A stretch of 64,000 bases of DNA from Lingula anatina (lineage: Eukaryota > Animalia > Brachiopoda): the NCBI GenBank assembly GCA_051362555.1, contig CM120646.1, positions 22,072,001 through 22,136,000 on the forward strand, given 5' to 3'. Each line of letters starts with the position of its first letter. Positions within the stretch are counted from its first letter, which is position 1. The position numbers and the translations under genes are program-made. Positions 51,778-64,000 of this stretch are shown here, one piece after another. Below the pieces are notes generated by a model that was not told where the DNA came from, did no database searches, and was given only the letters and a program-made list of their open reading frames with translations.

Positions 51778-52947
51778 GGATGTAGATAACAGGGGTAGCT
51801 ATCTTCTAAACCGGCCAAGATATACCAACATGTTACATATCAATAGAAAGCTTATTTCAACAGCTCTTCATTTCATATCCTTATTTTATTATGTAATCTT
51901 TACGTAATGAGATATAATGCTTAATAGGTGTGCTCAACATGATCTTTACACCTTAAAAACTAGAAGTCCACTACAAATGGACATGTGTAGACAGCTTGAC
52001 TCGTGAGCCCTCATAGGGATCAACAAGAATGCGCCTCAAATTAGCGATATGTGTTAAATTAGCAGAGATATCAAAATAAACTTGGTTTCCAGTTCAACGA
52101 GACCCCCTAGCCTAACTAAAGCATGCCTAAGTTGAAAACGGAGCTGATGTTATGAAATCCCAGACACATACTTTCAGACAAACCTTAGATCTAACGAATG
52201 AATACCAGCTTTCATCGGTTGAGAGTTCTAATTAATTTTGACACTGGTCTAAATTGTCCTCTTGAAGCCATAAACTGAAGCGGAGAAATCAGCCTTTTAG
52301 TGCTCCCCGGAGATTCCAACGTTATATAATCAGTGAGCTGCATTGGCAAGCTGAGAAATTTAGTTATTTATACTGGTTCAGCCCTCTACTCACTGCCTTT
52401 GTAACTGTCACTATGTCTTTCATCCATTTTCAACATTATTTTTGAACATTTTCAACCGGAGGCCCCCTCCATGCATTGACAGCAGCCACCATGTTAGTCG
52501 TGACGTCAGCCTTCTTCACCACGTGACACCTAGGGGGAGTGCCTTTGCCCATATACGTCTCATCTGTATGTCTGCTTTTTAAAGCTTTAATAGATCGTCA
52601 GAATTAAGTTCACTGATAAATTCAAAATGAAAAGTATTGTTTGGCAAGTGAAAGTGCGACCGACGTTACTCACAGAATGTGAAAGGCTTAGCAGCAATCT
52701 AGTACGGGAAATATACAGCTGCACAGTGGAGCTGCCAATCAAACACATATATGGACAAGTGTGACCTACTTTAAAACTCAGACATGCTACCACAGGGGTA
52801 AATCAGCAATTAGGCTAAAATTACGGGTTTATTTGTAAACTTCCATTATTTTAAGATAGGCTGATATGTAGTTGATATTTCATCTATCTAATACTGACAA
52901 ATTCAGAAAAACACCCAAATTTTGACAATTTACTGTTAATTACTACC
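51778..52947. mobile_element. Non-autonomous Kolobok-like insertion in the unit-0 intron
   Basis: TTAA on both sides, GG...CC ends, imperfect TIR; the other units show the empty site ttttaaaata. Confidence 0.75.
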
Positions 52948-53132
52948 TTAAAATATGTTTACAAAAGATTGGTGCCAATTTGGTGGCCTTTTCATGGCTT
53001 CCCTTTTTTATTACCACAAAGGCATGCGGGTCATTTGCAAAGTCTAAACAATGGTGTTACAGATAATCGTGATATGTACATTATTCAAGCTGGGCCAATA
53101 CCATGAAGAGAAATTCATTTTTTTTCTTCCAG

Positions 53133-53453
53133 TGAGGCCCACCAATCTCCAGATAACAGGTCTGAGTGGACTGGTAACAGAGGGTGTGTCTACCAGTGTC
53201 CAATGTACCATAGGAAGAATACTTCTACCACATACAGCTCCATATGACGTCTACCTTAAAGAAGGAGATGCTGTTGAGTACCAAGTGACAAATCTGTCAA
53301 CTTCTAGTAATTCTGATGGCAGCACGTCTGTCACAGCGTCTGCAACTGTCCAGCTTGAGAAGTCAGATAATGGGAAGCCATTCCAGTGTATTGTGAGGGA
53401 TAGTAGAAATGGGGCTGTCTTAGAATCTACCAATACCACCATGCAGGTGGCAT
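53133..53453 (+). CDS. Gene C unit 0: C2-like Ig exon
   Basis: tccag|TG..T|gttagt, 321 nt; SVQC..DNGKPFQC. Confidence 0.9.
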
Positions 53454-54186
53454 GTTAGTATGCTTCTACATACTGAGTACACACAATTGAATGATGTAGG
53501 TCCTACATATGTTTCAGTTTATTTAATCTAAAAAATGCTCCATGGTTTTCTGCTGTCGTAAGAATTGATTAGGTTAATTGACCAACGCTGTAGTTTCAAA
53601 GTACTTTCTGTATGGAATTGAATGCACTTAATGTTTCTCTTTATTTGTAAACTGATAAAATGAAGTTTCGCCTTCAGCACAATATTCGAATTGATAATAA
53701 TAACAATTAAAATAACAACCAGTGAAAATGTGAATGGACATTGATGACACTCACGCCTACCTCTTCTCAGCATTCATTGGGTTTTGCATATATGTCTGAT
53801 GATCTAAAAATTCCAAGATATTGAGTGTACTGATATTGTCGGACCAAGATATATTATTATTTTCAGGGTGTCAGGGAGGCATAAGGATTCCACAATTTCC
53901 TTGAACTTATTTATTTTAAATATACTCAAACACATGTATGTAGGGCATGTAAACATTTTGGCAAATGCTTACAAGTTTAGGTAATTACAATATTATGTAG
54001 TTTTACATGTATTTTTCCCGTTTGATAATTACAGAATAGAATCTGTAGAAAATGACAATGATGGGAACGATTTAGCAAAATGAGGTTTAATCTCATAATA
54101 AACATATTCCATATCTACCATAGGCATACATATCGATGTCTTTGTTTGAAAAGAAAGACTGTTAACGTTTCTGTCGCTTTTTCCAG

Positions 54187-54510
54187 ACACCACCTCTGCC
54201 ATTCCAGTCATTGATTATGAAGGAGAGGTTATTGAAATGCAGTGCCGATCTGATTCATCAGGAACAATAACCAGTATACAGTGGTACCTGACGGATCCTG
54301 ATCCTGACAAGAGAGTAGCCTATTGGACAGGATCAGGTCAGCCTACGTATATTGGACCACTGACCAATGGACGAGCAACTGTGGCAACACCTTCAGGAAA
54401 CCTGACAATACATAGTTTGATGGCATCTGACGCTGGAGGATATGAATGTAGAGTGTATGATGAGAGCTATTTCCAAATACTTGTAGTGGAGTACATTTTG
54501 ACAGTATTTG
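54187..54510 (+). CDS. Gene C unit 1: V-set exon
   Basis: 324 nt, open frame, splice sites intact. Confidence 0.9.
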
Positions 54511-54850
54511 GTGAGTAAATTTGATTATAATGCATGATATTATAAAACATAATACAGTTTCCATTATTATTCATATTAAATCTACCACATGCAATTTTGT
54601 ATACTTGCTGTTTTTTTTTCCAGAATGCACCACTGCACCTCCCCCACACACCATTGCATTTAATTTTAAAATATATTTACAAAAGATTGGTGCCAATTTG
54701 GTGGCCTTTTCATGGCTTCTTTTTTTATTACCACAAAGGCATGCGGGTCATTTGCAAAGACTAAACAATGGTGTTACAAATAATCGTGATATGTACATTA
54801 TTCAAGCTGGGCCAATACCATGAAGAGAAATTCATTTTTTTTTCTTCCAG

Positions 54851-55171
54851 TGAGGCCCACCAATCTCCAGATAACAGGTCTGAGTGGACTGGTAACAGAG
54901 GGTGTGTCTATCAGTGTCCAGTGTACCATAGGAAGAATACTTCTACCACCTACAGCTCCATATGACGTCTACTTTAAAGAAGGAGATGATGTTGAGTACC
55001 AAGTGACAAGTCTGTCAACTTCCAGTAATTCTGATGGCACCACGTCTGTCACAGCGACTGCAACTGTCCAGCTTGAGAAATCAGATAATGGGAAGCCATT
55101 CCAGTGTATTGTGAGGGATAGAGGAAATGGGGCTGTCTTAGAATCTACCAAAACCACCATGCAGGTGGCAT
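54851..55171 (+). CDS. Gene C unit 1: C2-like exon
   Basis: 321 nt, open frame, splice sites intact. Confidence 0.9.
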
Positions 55172-55905
55172 GTTAGTATGCTTCTACATATTGAGTGCAC
55201 ACAATTGAATGATGTAGGTCCTACATATGTTTCAGCTTATTTAATTTAAAAAATGCTCCATGGTTTTCTGCTGTCATAAGTCTTGATTAGGTATATTTGA
55301 CCAACGCTGTAGTTTCAACGTACTTTCTGTATAGAATTGAATGCACTTAATGCTTCTCTTTATTTGTTAACTGATAAAATGAAGTTTTGCCTTAAGCACA
55401 ATATTCGAATTAATAACAATAACATAAAAAATGACAACCAGTGAAAATGTTAATGGACATTGATGACACACACGCCTACCTCTTCTCAACATTTATTGGG
55501 TTTTGCCTGCATACGTCTGATGATCCAAAAATTCCAAGATATTGAGTGTACTGATATTGTCAGACCAAGATATATTGTTATTTTCAGGATGTCAGGAGGC
55601 ATTTAGGATTCCACAATTTTCTTGACCTTATTTATTTAAAATATACTCAAACACATGTATGTATGGCATGTAAACATTTTTGGCAAATGCTTACAAGTTT
55701 AGGTAATTACAATATTATGTAGTTTTACATGTATTTTTCCCGTTTGATTACAGAATAGAATCTGTCGAAAATGACAATTATGGGAACGATTTAGCAAAAT
55801 GAGGTTTAATCTCATAATAAACATATTCCATATCTACCATAGGCATACATATCGATGTCTTTGTTTGAAAAGAAAGACTGTTAACGTTTCTGTCGCTTTT
55901 TCCAG

Positions 55906-56229
55906 ACACCATCTCTGCCATTCCAGTCATTGGTTATGAAGGAAAGGTTATTGAAATGCAGTGCCGATCTGATTCATCAGGAACAATAACCAGTATACAG
56001 TGGTACCTGACGGATCCTGATCCTGACAAGAGAGTAGCCTATTGGACAGGATCAGGTCAGCCTACGTATATTGGACCACTGACCAATGGACGAGCAACTA
56101 TGGCGACACCTTCAGGCAACCTGACAATACATAGTCTGATGGCATCTGACGCTGGAGGATATGAATGTAGAGAGTATGATGAGAGCTATTTCCAAATACT
56201 TGTAGTGGAGTACATTTTGACAGTATTTG
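55906..56229 (+). CDS. Gene C unit 2: V-set exon
   Basis: 324 nt, open frame, splice sites intact. Confidence 0.9.
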
Positions 56230-56569
56230 GTGAGTAAATTTGATTATAATGCATGATATTATAAAACATAATACAGTTTCCATTATTATTCATATTAAAT
56301 CTACCACATGCAATTTTGTATACTTGCTGTGTTTTTTTCCAGAATGCACCACTGCACCTCCCCCACACACCATTGCATTTAATTTTAAAATATATTTACA
56401 AAAGATTGTTGACAAATTGGTGGCCTTTTCATGGCTTCCTTTTTTATTACCACAAAGGCATGCGGGTCATTTGCAAAGTCTAAACAATGGTGTTACAAAT
56501 AATCGTGATATGTACATTATTCAAGCTGGGCCAATATCATGAAGAGAAATTCATTTTTTTTTCTTCCAG

Positions 56570-56890
56570 TGAGGCCCACCAATCTCCAGATAACAGGTCT
56601 GAGTGGACTGGTAACAGAGGGTGTGTCTACCAGTGTCCAGTGTATCATAGGAAGAATACTTCTACCACCTACAGCTCCATATGACGTCTACTTTAAAGAA
56701 GGAGATGATGTTGAGTACCAAGTGACAAATCTGTCAACTTCCAGTAATTCTGATGGCACCACGTCTGTCACAGCGACTGCAACTGTCCAGCTTGAGAAGT
56801 CAGATAATGGGAAGCCATTCCAGTGTATTGTGAGGGATAGAGGAAATGGGGCTGTCTTAGAATCTACCAATACCACCATGCAGGTGGCAT
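56570..56890 (+). CDS. Gene C unit 2: C2-like exon
   Basis: 321 nt, open frame, splice sites intact. Confidence 0.9.
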
Positions 56891-57624
56891 GTTAGTATGC
56901 TTCTACATATTTAGTGCACACAATTGAATGATGTAGGTCCTACATATGTTTCAGCTTATTTAATTTAAAAAATGTTCCATGGTTTTCTGCTGTCGTAAGT
57001 CTTGATTAGGTACATTTGACCAACGCTGTAGTTTCAACGTACTTTCTGTATAGAATTGAATGCACTTAATGCTTCTCTTTATTTGTTAACTGATAAAATG
57101 AAGTTTTGCCTTAAGCACAATATTCGAATTAATAACAATAGCATAAAAAATGACAACCAGTGAAAATGTGAATGGACATTGATGACACACACGCCTACCT
57201 CTTCTCAACATTTATTGGGTTTTCCCTGCATACGTCTGATGATCCAAAAATTCCAAGATATGGAGTGTACTGATATTGTCAGACCAAGATATATTGTTAT
57301 TTTCAGGATGTCAGGAGGCATTTAGGATTCCACAATTTTCTTGACCTTATTTATTTAAAATTTACTCAAACACATGTATGTATGGCATGTTAACATTTTT
57401 GGCAAATGCTTACAAGTTTAGGTAATTACAATATTATGTAGTTTTACATGTATTTTTCCCGTTTGATTGCAGAATAGAATCTGTCGAAAATGACAATTAT
57501 GGGAACGATTTAGCAAAATGAGGTTTAATCTCATAATAAACATATTCCATATCTACCATAGGCATACATATCGATATCTTTGTTTGAAAAGAAAGACTGT
57601 TAACGTTTCTGTCGCTTTTTCCAG

Positions 57625-57948
57625 ACACCACCTCTGCCATTCCAGTCATTGGTTATGAAGGAGAGGTTATTGAAATGCAGTGCCAATCTGATTCATCAGG
57701 AACAATAACCAGTATACAGTGGTACCTGACGGATCCTGATCCTGACAAGAGAGTAGCTTATTGGACAGGATCAGGTCAGCCTACGTATATTGGACCACTG
57801 ACCAATGGACGAGCAACTGTGGCGACACCTTCAGGAAACCTGACAATACATAGTCTGATGGCATCTGATGCTGTAGGATATGAATGTAGAGTGTATGATG
57901 AGAGCTATTTCCAAATACTTGTAGTGGAGTACATTTTGACAGTATTTG
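57625..57948 (+). CDS. Gene C unit 3: V-set exon (variant donor gtgatt)
   Basis: 324 nt, open frame; donor +5 G changed to T. Confidence 0.8.
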
Positions 57949-58289
57949 GTGATTAAATTTGATTATAATGCATGATATTATAAAACATAATACAGTTTCC
58001 ATTATTATTCATATTAAATCTACCACATGCAATTTTGTATACTTGCTGTTTTTTTTCCAGAATGCACCACTGCACCTCCCCCACACACCATTGCATTTAA
58101 TTTTAAAATACATTTACAAAAGATTGGTGCCAATTTGGTGGCCTTTTCATGGCTTCCTTTTTGTTATTACCACAAAGGAATGCAGGTCATTTGCAAAGTC
58201 TAAACAATGGTGTTACAGATAATCGTGATATGTACATTATTCAAGCTGGGCCAATACCATGAAGAGAAATTCATTTTTTTTTCTTCCAG

Positions 58290-58610
58290 TGAGGCCCACC
58301 AATCTCCAGATAACAGGTCTTAGTGGACTGGTAACTGAAGGTGTGTCTATCAGTGTCCAGTGTACCATAGGAAGAATACTTCTACCACCTACAGCTCCAT
58401 ATGACGTCTACTTTAAAGAAGGAGATGATGTTGAGTACCAAGTGACAAGTCTGTCAACTTCCAGTAATTCTGATGGCACCACGTCTGTCACAGCGACTGC
58501 AACTGTCCAGCTTGATAAGTCAGATAATGGGAAGCCATTCCAGTGTATTGTGAGGGATAGAGGAAATGGGGCTGTCTTAGAATCTACCAATACCACCATG
58601 CAGGTGGCAT
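58290..58610 (+). CDS. Gene C unit 3: C2-like exon
   Basis: 321 nt, open frame, splice sites intact. Confidence 0.9.
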
Positions 58611-59347
58611 GTTAGTATGCTTCTACATATTTAGTGCACACAATTGAATGATGTAGGTCCTACATATGTTTCAGCTTATTTAATTTAAAAAATGTTCCAT
58701 GGTTTTCTGCTGTCGTAAGTCTTGATTAGGTATATTTGACCAACGCTGTAGTTTCAACGTACTTTCTGTATAGAATTGAATGCACTTAATGCTTCTCTTT
58801 ATTTGTTAACTGATAAAATGAAGTTTTGCCTTAAGCACAATATTCGAATTAATAACAATAGCATAAAAAATGACAACCAGTGAAAATGTGAATGGACATT
58901 GATGACACACACGCCTACCTCTTCTCAACATTTATTGGGTTTTCCCTGCATACGTCTGATGATCCAAAAATTCCAAGATATTGAGTGTACTGATATTGTC
59001 AGACCAAGATATATTGTTATTTTCAGGATGTCAGGAGGCATTTAGGATTCCACAATTTTCTTGACCTTATTTATTTAAAATATACTCAAACACATGTATG
59101 TAAGGCATGTAAACATTTTTGGCAAATGCTTACAAGTTTAGGTAATTGCAATATTATGTAGTTTTACATGTATTTTTCCCGTTTGATCATTACAGAATAG
59201 AATCTGTAGAAAATGACAATGATGGGAACGATTTAGCAAAATGAGGTTTAATCTCATAATAAACATATTCCATATCTACCATAGGCATACATATCGATGT
59301 CTTTGTTTGAAAAGAAAGACTGTTAACGTTTCTGTCGCTTTTTCCAG

Positions 59348-59671
59348 ACACCACCTCTGCCATTCCAGTCATTGGTTATGAAGGAGAGGTTATTGAAATG
59401 CAGTGCCGATCTGATTCATCAGGAACAATAACCAGTATACAGTGGTACCTGACGGATCCTGATCCTGACAAGAGAGTAGCCTATTGGACAGGATCAGGTC
59501 AGCCTACGTATATTGGACCACTGACCAATGGACGAGCAACTGTGGCGACACCTTCAGGAAACCTGACAATACATAGTCTGATGGCATCTGATGCTGGAGG
59601 ATATGAATGTAGAGTGTATGATGAGAGCTATTTCCAAATACTTGTAGTGGAGTACATTTTGACAGTATTTG
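59348..59671 (+). CDS. Gene C unit 4: V-set exon
   Basis: 324 nt, open frame, splice sites intact. Confidence 0.9.
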
Positions 59672-60013
59672 GTGAGTAAATTTGATTATAATGCATGATA
59701 TTATAAAACATAATACAGTTTCCATTATTATTCATATTAAATCTACCACATGCAATTTTGTATACTTGCTGTTTTTTTTCCAGAATGCACCACTGCACCT
59801 CCCCCACACACCATTGCATTTAATTTTAAAATATATTTACAAAAGATTGGTGCCAATTTGGTGGCCTTTTCATGGCTTCCTTTTTGTTATTACCACAAAG
59901 GAATGCAGGTCATTTGCAAAGTCTAAACAATGGTGTTACAGATAATCGTGATATGTACATTATTCAAGCTGGGCCAATACCATGAAGAGAAATTCATTTT
60001 TTTTTTCTTCCAG

Positions 60014-60334
60014 TGAGGCCCACCAATCTCCAGATAACAGGTCTGAGTGGACTGGTAACTGAAGGTGTGTCTATCAGTGTCCAGTGTACCACAGGAAGAA
60101 TACTTCTACCACCTACAGCTCCATATGACGTCTACTTTAAAGAAGGAGATGATGTTGAGTACCAAGTGACAAGTCTGTCAACTTCCAGTAATTCTGATGG
60201 CACCACGTCTGTCACAGCGACTGCAACTGTCCAGCTTGAGAAGTCAGATAATGGGAAGCCATTCCAGTGTATTGTGAGGGATAGAGGAAATGGGGCTGTC
60301 TTAGAATCTACCAATACCACCATGCAGGTGGCAT
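60014..60334 (+). CDS. Gene C unit 4: C2-like exon
   Basis: 321 nt, open frame, splice sites intact. Confidence 0.9.
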
Positions 60335-61068
60335 GTTAGTATGCTTCTACATATTTAGTGCACACAATTGAATGATGTAGGTCCTACATATGTTTCAGCT
60401 TATTTAATTTAAAAAATGTTCCATGGTTTTCTGCTGTCGTAAGTCTTGATTAGGTACATTTGACCAACGCTGTAGTTTCAACGTACTTTCTGTATAGAAT
60501 TGAATGCACTTAATGCTTCTCTTTATTTGTTAACTGATAAAATGAAGTTTTGCCTTAAGCACAATATTCGAATTAATAACAATAGCATAAAAAATGACAA
60601 CCAGTGAAAATGTGAATGGACATTGATGACACACACGCCTACCTCTTCTCAACATTTATTGGGTTTTCCCTGCATACGTCTGATGATCCAAAAATTCCAA
60701 GATATGGAGTGTACTGATATTGTCAGACCAAGATATATTGTTATTTTCAGGATGTCAGGAGGCATTTAGGATTCCACAATTTTCTTGACCTTATTTATTT
60801 AAAATTTACTCAAACACATGTATGTATGGCATGTTAACATTTTTGGCAAATGCTTACAAGTTTAGGTAATTACAATATTATGTAGTTTTACATGTATTTT
60901 TCCCGTTTGATTGCAGAATAGAATCTGTCGAAAATGACAATTATGGGAACGATTTAGCAAAATGAGGTTTAATCTCATAATAAACATATTCCATATCTAC
61001 CATAGGCATACATATCGATATCTTTGTTTGAAAAGAAAGACTGTTAACGTTTCTGTCGCTTTTTCCAG

Positions 61069-61392
61069 ACACCACCTCTGCCATTCCAGTCATTGGTTAT
61101 GAAGGAGAGGTTATTGAAATGCAGTGCCAATCTGATTCATCAGGAATAATAACCAGTATACAGTGGTACCTGACGGATCCTGATCCTGACAAGAGAGTAG
61201 CCTATTGGACAGGATCAGGTCAGCCTACGTATATTGGACCACTGACCAATGGACGAGCAACTGTGGCGAAACCTTCAGGAAACCTGACAATACATAGTCT
61301 GATGGCATCTGATGCTGTAGGATATGAATGTAGAGTGTATGATGAGAGCTATTTCCAAATACTTGTAGTGGAGTACATTTTGACAGTATTTG
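61069..61392 (+). CDS. Gene C unit 5: V-set exon
   Basis: 324 nt, open frame, splice sites intact. Confidence 0.9.
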
Positions 61393-61733
61393 GTGAGTAA
61401 ATTTGATTATAATGCATGATATTATAAAACATAATACAGTTTCCATTATTATTCATATTAAATCTACCACATGCAATTTTGTATACTTGCTGTTTTTTTT
61501 CCAGAATGCACCACTGCACCTCCCCCACACACCATTGCATTTAATTTTAAAATACATTTACAAAAGATTGGTGCCAATTTGGTGGCCTTTTCATGGCTTC
61601 CTTTTTGTTATTACCACAAAGGAATGCAGGTCATTTGCAAAGTCTAAACAATGGTGTTACAGATAATCGTGATATGTACATTATTCAAGCTGGGCCAATA
61701 CCATGAAGAGAAATTCATTTTTTTTTCTTCCAG

Positions 61734-62054
61734 TGAGGCCCACCAATCTCCAGATAACAGGTCTTAGTGGACTGGTAACTGAAGGTGTGTCTATCAGTGT
61801 CCAGTGTACCACAGGAAGAATACTTCTACCACCTACAGCTCCATATGACGTCTACTTTAAAGAAGGAGATGATGTTGAGTACCAAGTGACAAGTCTGTCA
61901 ACTTCCAGTAATTCTGATGGCACCACGTCTGTCACAGCGACTGCAACTGTCCAGCTTGAGAAGTCAGATAATGGGAAGCCATTCCAGTGTATTGTGAGGG
62001 ATAGAGGAAATGGGGCTGTCTTAGAATCTACCAATACCACCATGCAGGTGGCAT
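61734..62054 (+). CDS. Gene C unit 5: C2-like exon
   Basis: 321 nt, open frame, splice sites intact. Confidence 0.9.
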
Positions 62055-62791
62055 GTTAGTATGCTTCTACATATTTAGTGCACACAATTGAATGATGTAG
62101 GTCCTACATATGTTTCAGCTTATTTAATTTAAAAAATGTTCCATGGTTTTCTGCTGTCGTAAGTCTTGATTAGGTATATTTGACCAACGCTGTAGTTTCA
62201 ACGTACTTTCTGTATAGAATTGAATGCACTTAATGCTTCTCTTTATTTGTTAACTGATAAAATGAAGTTTTGCCTTAAGCACAATATTCGAATTAATAAC
62301 AATAGCATAAAAAATGACAACCAGTGAAAATGTGAATGGACATTGATGACACACACGCCTACCTCTTCTCAACATTTATTGGGTTTTCCCTGCATACGTC
62401 TGATGATCCAAAAATTCCAAGATATTGAGTGTACTGATATTGTCAGACCAAGATATATTGTTATTTTCAGGATGTCAGGAGGCATTTAGGATTCCACAAT
62501 TTTCTTGACCTTATTTATTTAAAATATACTCAAACACATGTATGTAAGGCATGTAAACATTTTTGGCAAATGCTTACAAGTTTAGGTAATTGCAATATTA
62601 TGTAGTTTTACATGTATTTTTCCCGTTTGATCATTACAGAATAGAATCTGTAGAAAATGACAATGATGGGAACGATTTAGCAAAATGAGGTTTAATCTCA
62701 TAATAAACATATTCCATATCTACCATAGGCATACATATCGATGTCTTTGTTTGAAAAGAAAGACTGTTAACGTTTCTGTCGCTTTTTCCAG

Positions 62792-63115
62792 ACACCACCT
62801 CTGCCATTCCAGTCATTGGTTATGAAGGAGAGGTTATTGAAATGCAGTGCCAATCTGATTCATCAGGAACAATAACCAGTATACAGTGGTACCTGACGGA
62901 TCCTGATCCTGACAAGAGAGTAGCCTATTGGACAGGATCAGGTCAGCCTACGTATATTGGACCACTGACCAATGGACGAGCAACTGTGGCGACACCTTCA
63001 GGAAACCTGACAATACATAGTCTGATGGCATCTGATGCTGGAGGATATGAATGTAGAGTGTATGATGAGAGCTATTTCCAAATACTTGTAGTGGAGTACA
63101 TTTTGACAGTATTTG
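62792..63115 (+). CDS. Gene C unit 6: V-set exon
   Basis: 324 nt, open frame, splice sites intact. Confidence 0.9.
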
Positions 63116-63454
63116 GTGAGTAAATTTGATTATAATGCATGATATTATAAAACATAATACAGTTTCCATTATTATTCATATTAAATCTACCACATGCAAT
63201 TTTGTATACTTGCTGTTTTTTTTCCAGAATGCACCACTGCACCTCCCCCACACACCATTGCATTTAATTTTAAAATATATTTACAAAAGATTGGTGCCAA
63301 TTTGGTGGCCTTTTCATGGCTTCCTTTTTGTTATTACCACAAAGGAATGCAGGTCATTTGCAAAGTCTAAACAATGGTGTTACAGATAATCGTGATATGT
63401 ACATTATTCAAGCTGGGCCAATACCATGAAGAGAAATTCATTTTTTTCTTCCAG

Positions 63455-63775
63455 TGAGGCCCACCAATCTCCAGATAACAGGTCTGAGTGGACTGGTAAC
63501 AGAGGGTGTGTCTACCAGTGTCCAGTGTATCATAGGAAGAATACTTCTACCACCTACAGCTCCATATGACGTCTACTTTAAAGAAGGAGATGATGTTGAG
63601 TACCAAGTGACAAGTCTGTCAACTTCCAGTAATTCTGATGGCACCACGTCTGTCACAGCGACTGCAACTGTCCAGCTTGAGAAGTCAGATAATGGGAAGC
63701 CATTCCAGTGTATTGTGAGGGATAGAGGAAATGGGGCTGTCTTAGAATCTACCAATACCACCATGCAGGTGGCAT
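63455..63775 (+). CDS. Gene C unit 6: C2-like exon
   Basis: 321 nt, open frame, splice sites intact. Confidence 0.9.
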
Positions 63776-64000
63776 GTTAGTATGCTTCTACATATTTAGT
63801 GCACACAATTGAATGATGTAGGTCCTACATATGTTTCAGCTTATTTAATTTAAAAAATGTTCCATGGTTTTCTGCTGTCGTAAGTCTTGATTAGGTATAT
63901 TTGACCAACGCTGTAGTTGCAACGTACTTTCTGTATGGAATTGAATGCACTTAATGCTTCTCTTTATTTGTTAACTGATAAAATGAAGTTTTGCCTTAAG

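Larger units (their letters stand above)
50968..64000 (+). repeat. Intragenic tandem array of ~1.72-kb units (V exon + C2-like exon), at least 7 units, running off the window
   Basis: V exons start at 51296, 54187, 55906, 57625, 59348, 61069 and 62792; periods 1719-1723 after the first unit; introns near-identical. Confidence 0.97.

Noticed and set aside
50968-64000. Dscam-like mutually exclusive exon cluster or V(D)J-like segment array
   Set aside because: Two different exon types alternate with compatible splice sites and are nearly identical. I saw no RSS heptamer-nonamer pairs or docking-like sequences. Constitutive tandem domains is the simpler reading until transcripts say otherwise.

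Overview
AT-rich, intron-containing animal DNA, probably an invertebrate (the organism cannot be determined from the sequence). It holds a + strand cluster of immunoglobulin-superfamily membrane receptor genes among many transposons. Gene A (1-4057, 5' end outside the window) reads ...Ig-Ig-Ig-Ig-FN3-FN3like-TM-short Tyr-motif tail. A second, paralogous FN3like-TM-tail module (9999-12679) follows with no Ig exons of its own. Its tail ends in the last exon of a protein tyrosine kinase (EM|YNIMLSCWEDFPSSRPSF), and the rest of the kinase domain is missing. Gene B (31445-38289) is a damaged signal-V-C2-TM gene. Gene C (49642 to beyond 64000) has a Ser/Thr-rich exon and at least 7 near-identical ~1.72-kb tandem units, each with a V-set exon and a C2-like exon, all phase 1-1. 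The C2-like exon is homologous to the exon fragment that opens the window. Mobile DNA includes a full-length RTE LINE, an RTEX/CR1-like fragment, two Tc1/mariner derivatives (one a 1.65-kb palindrome), and non-autonomous Harbinger-, CACTA-, Kolobok-, Ginger- and hAT-like elements. All gene models were made by eye from splice signals and reading frames, without transcript data.
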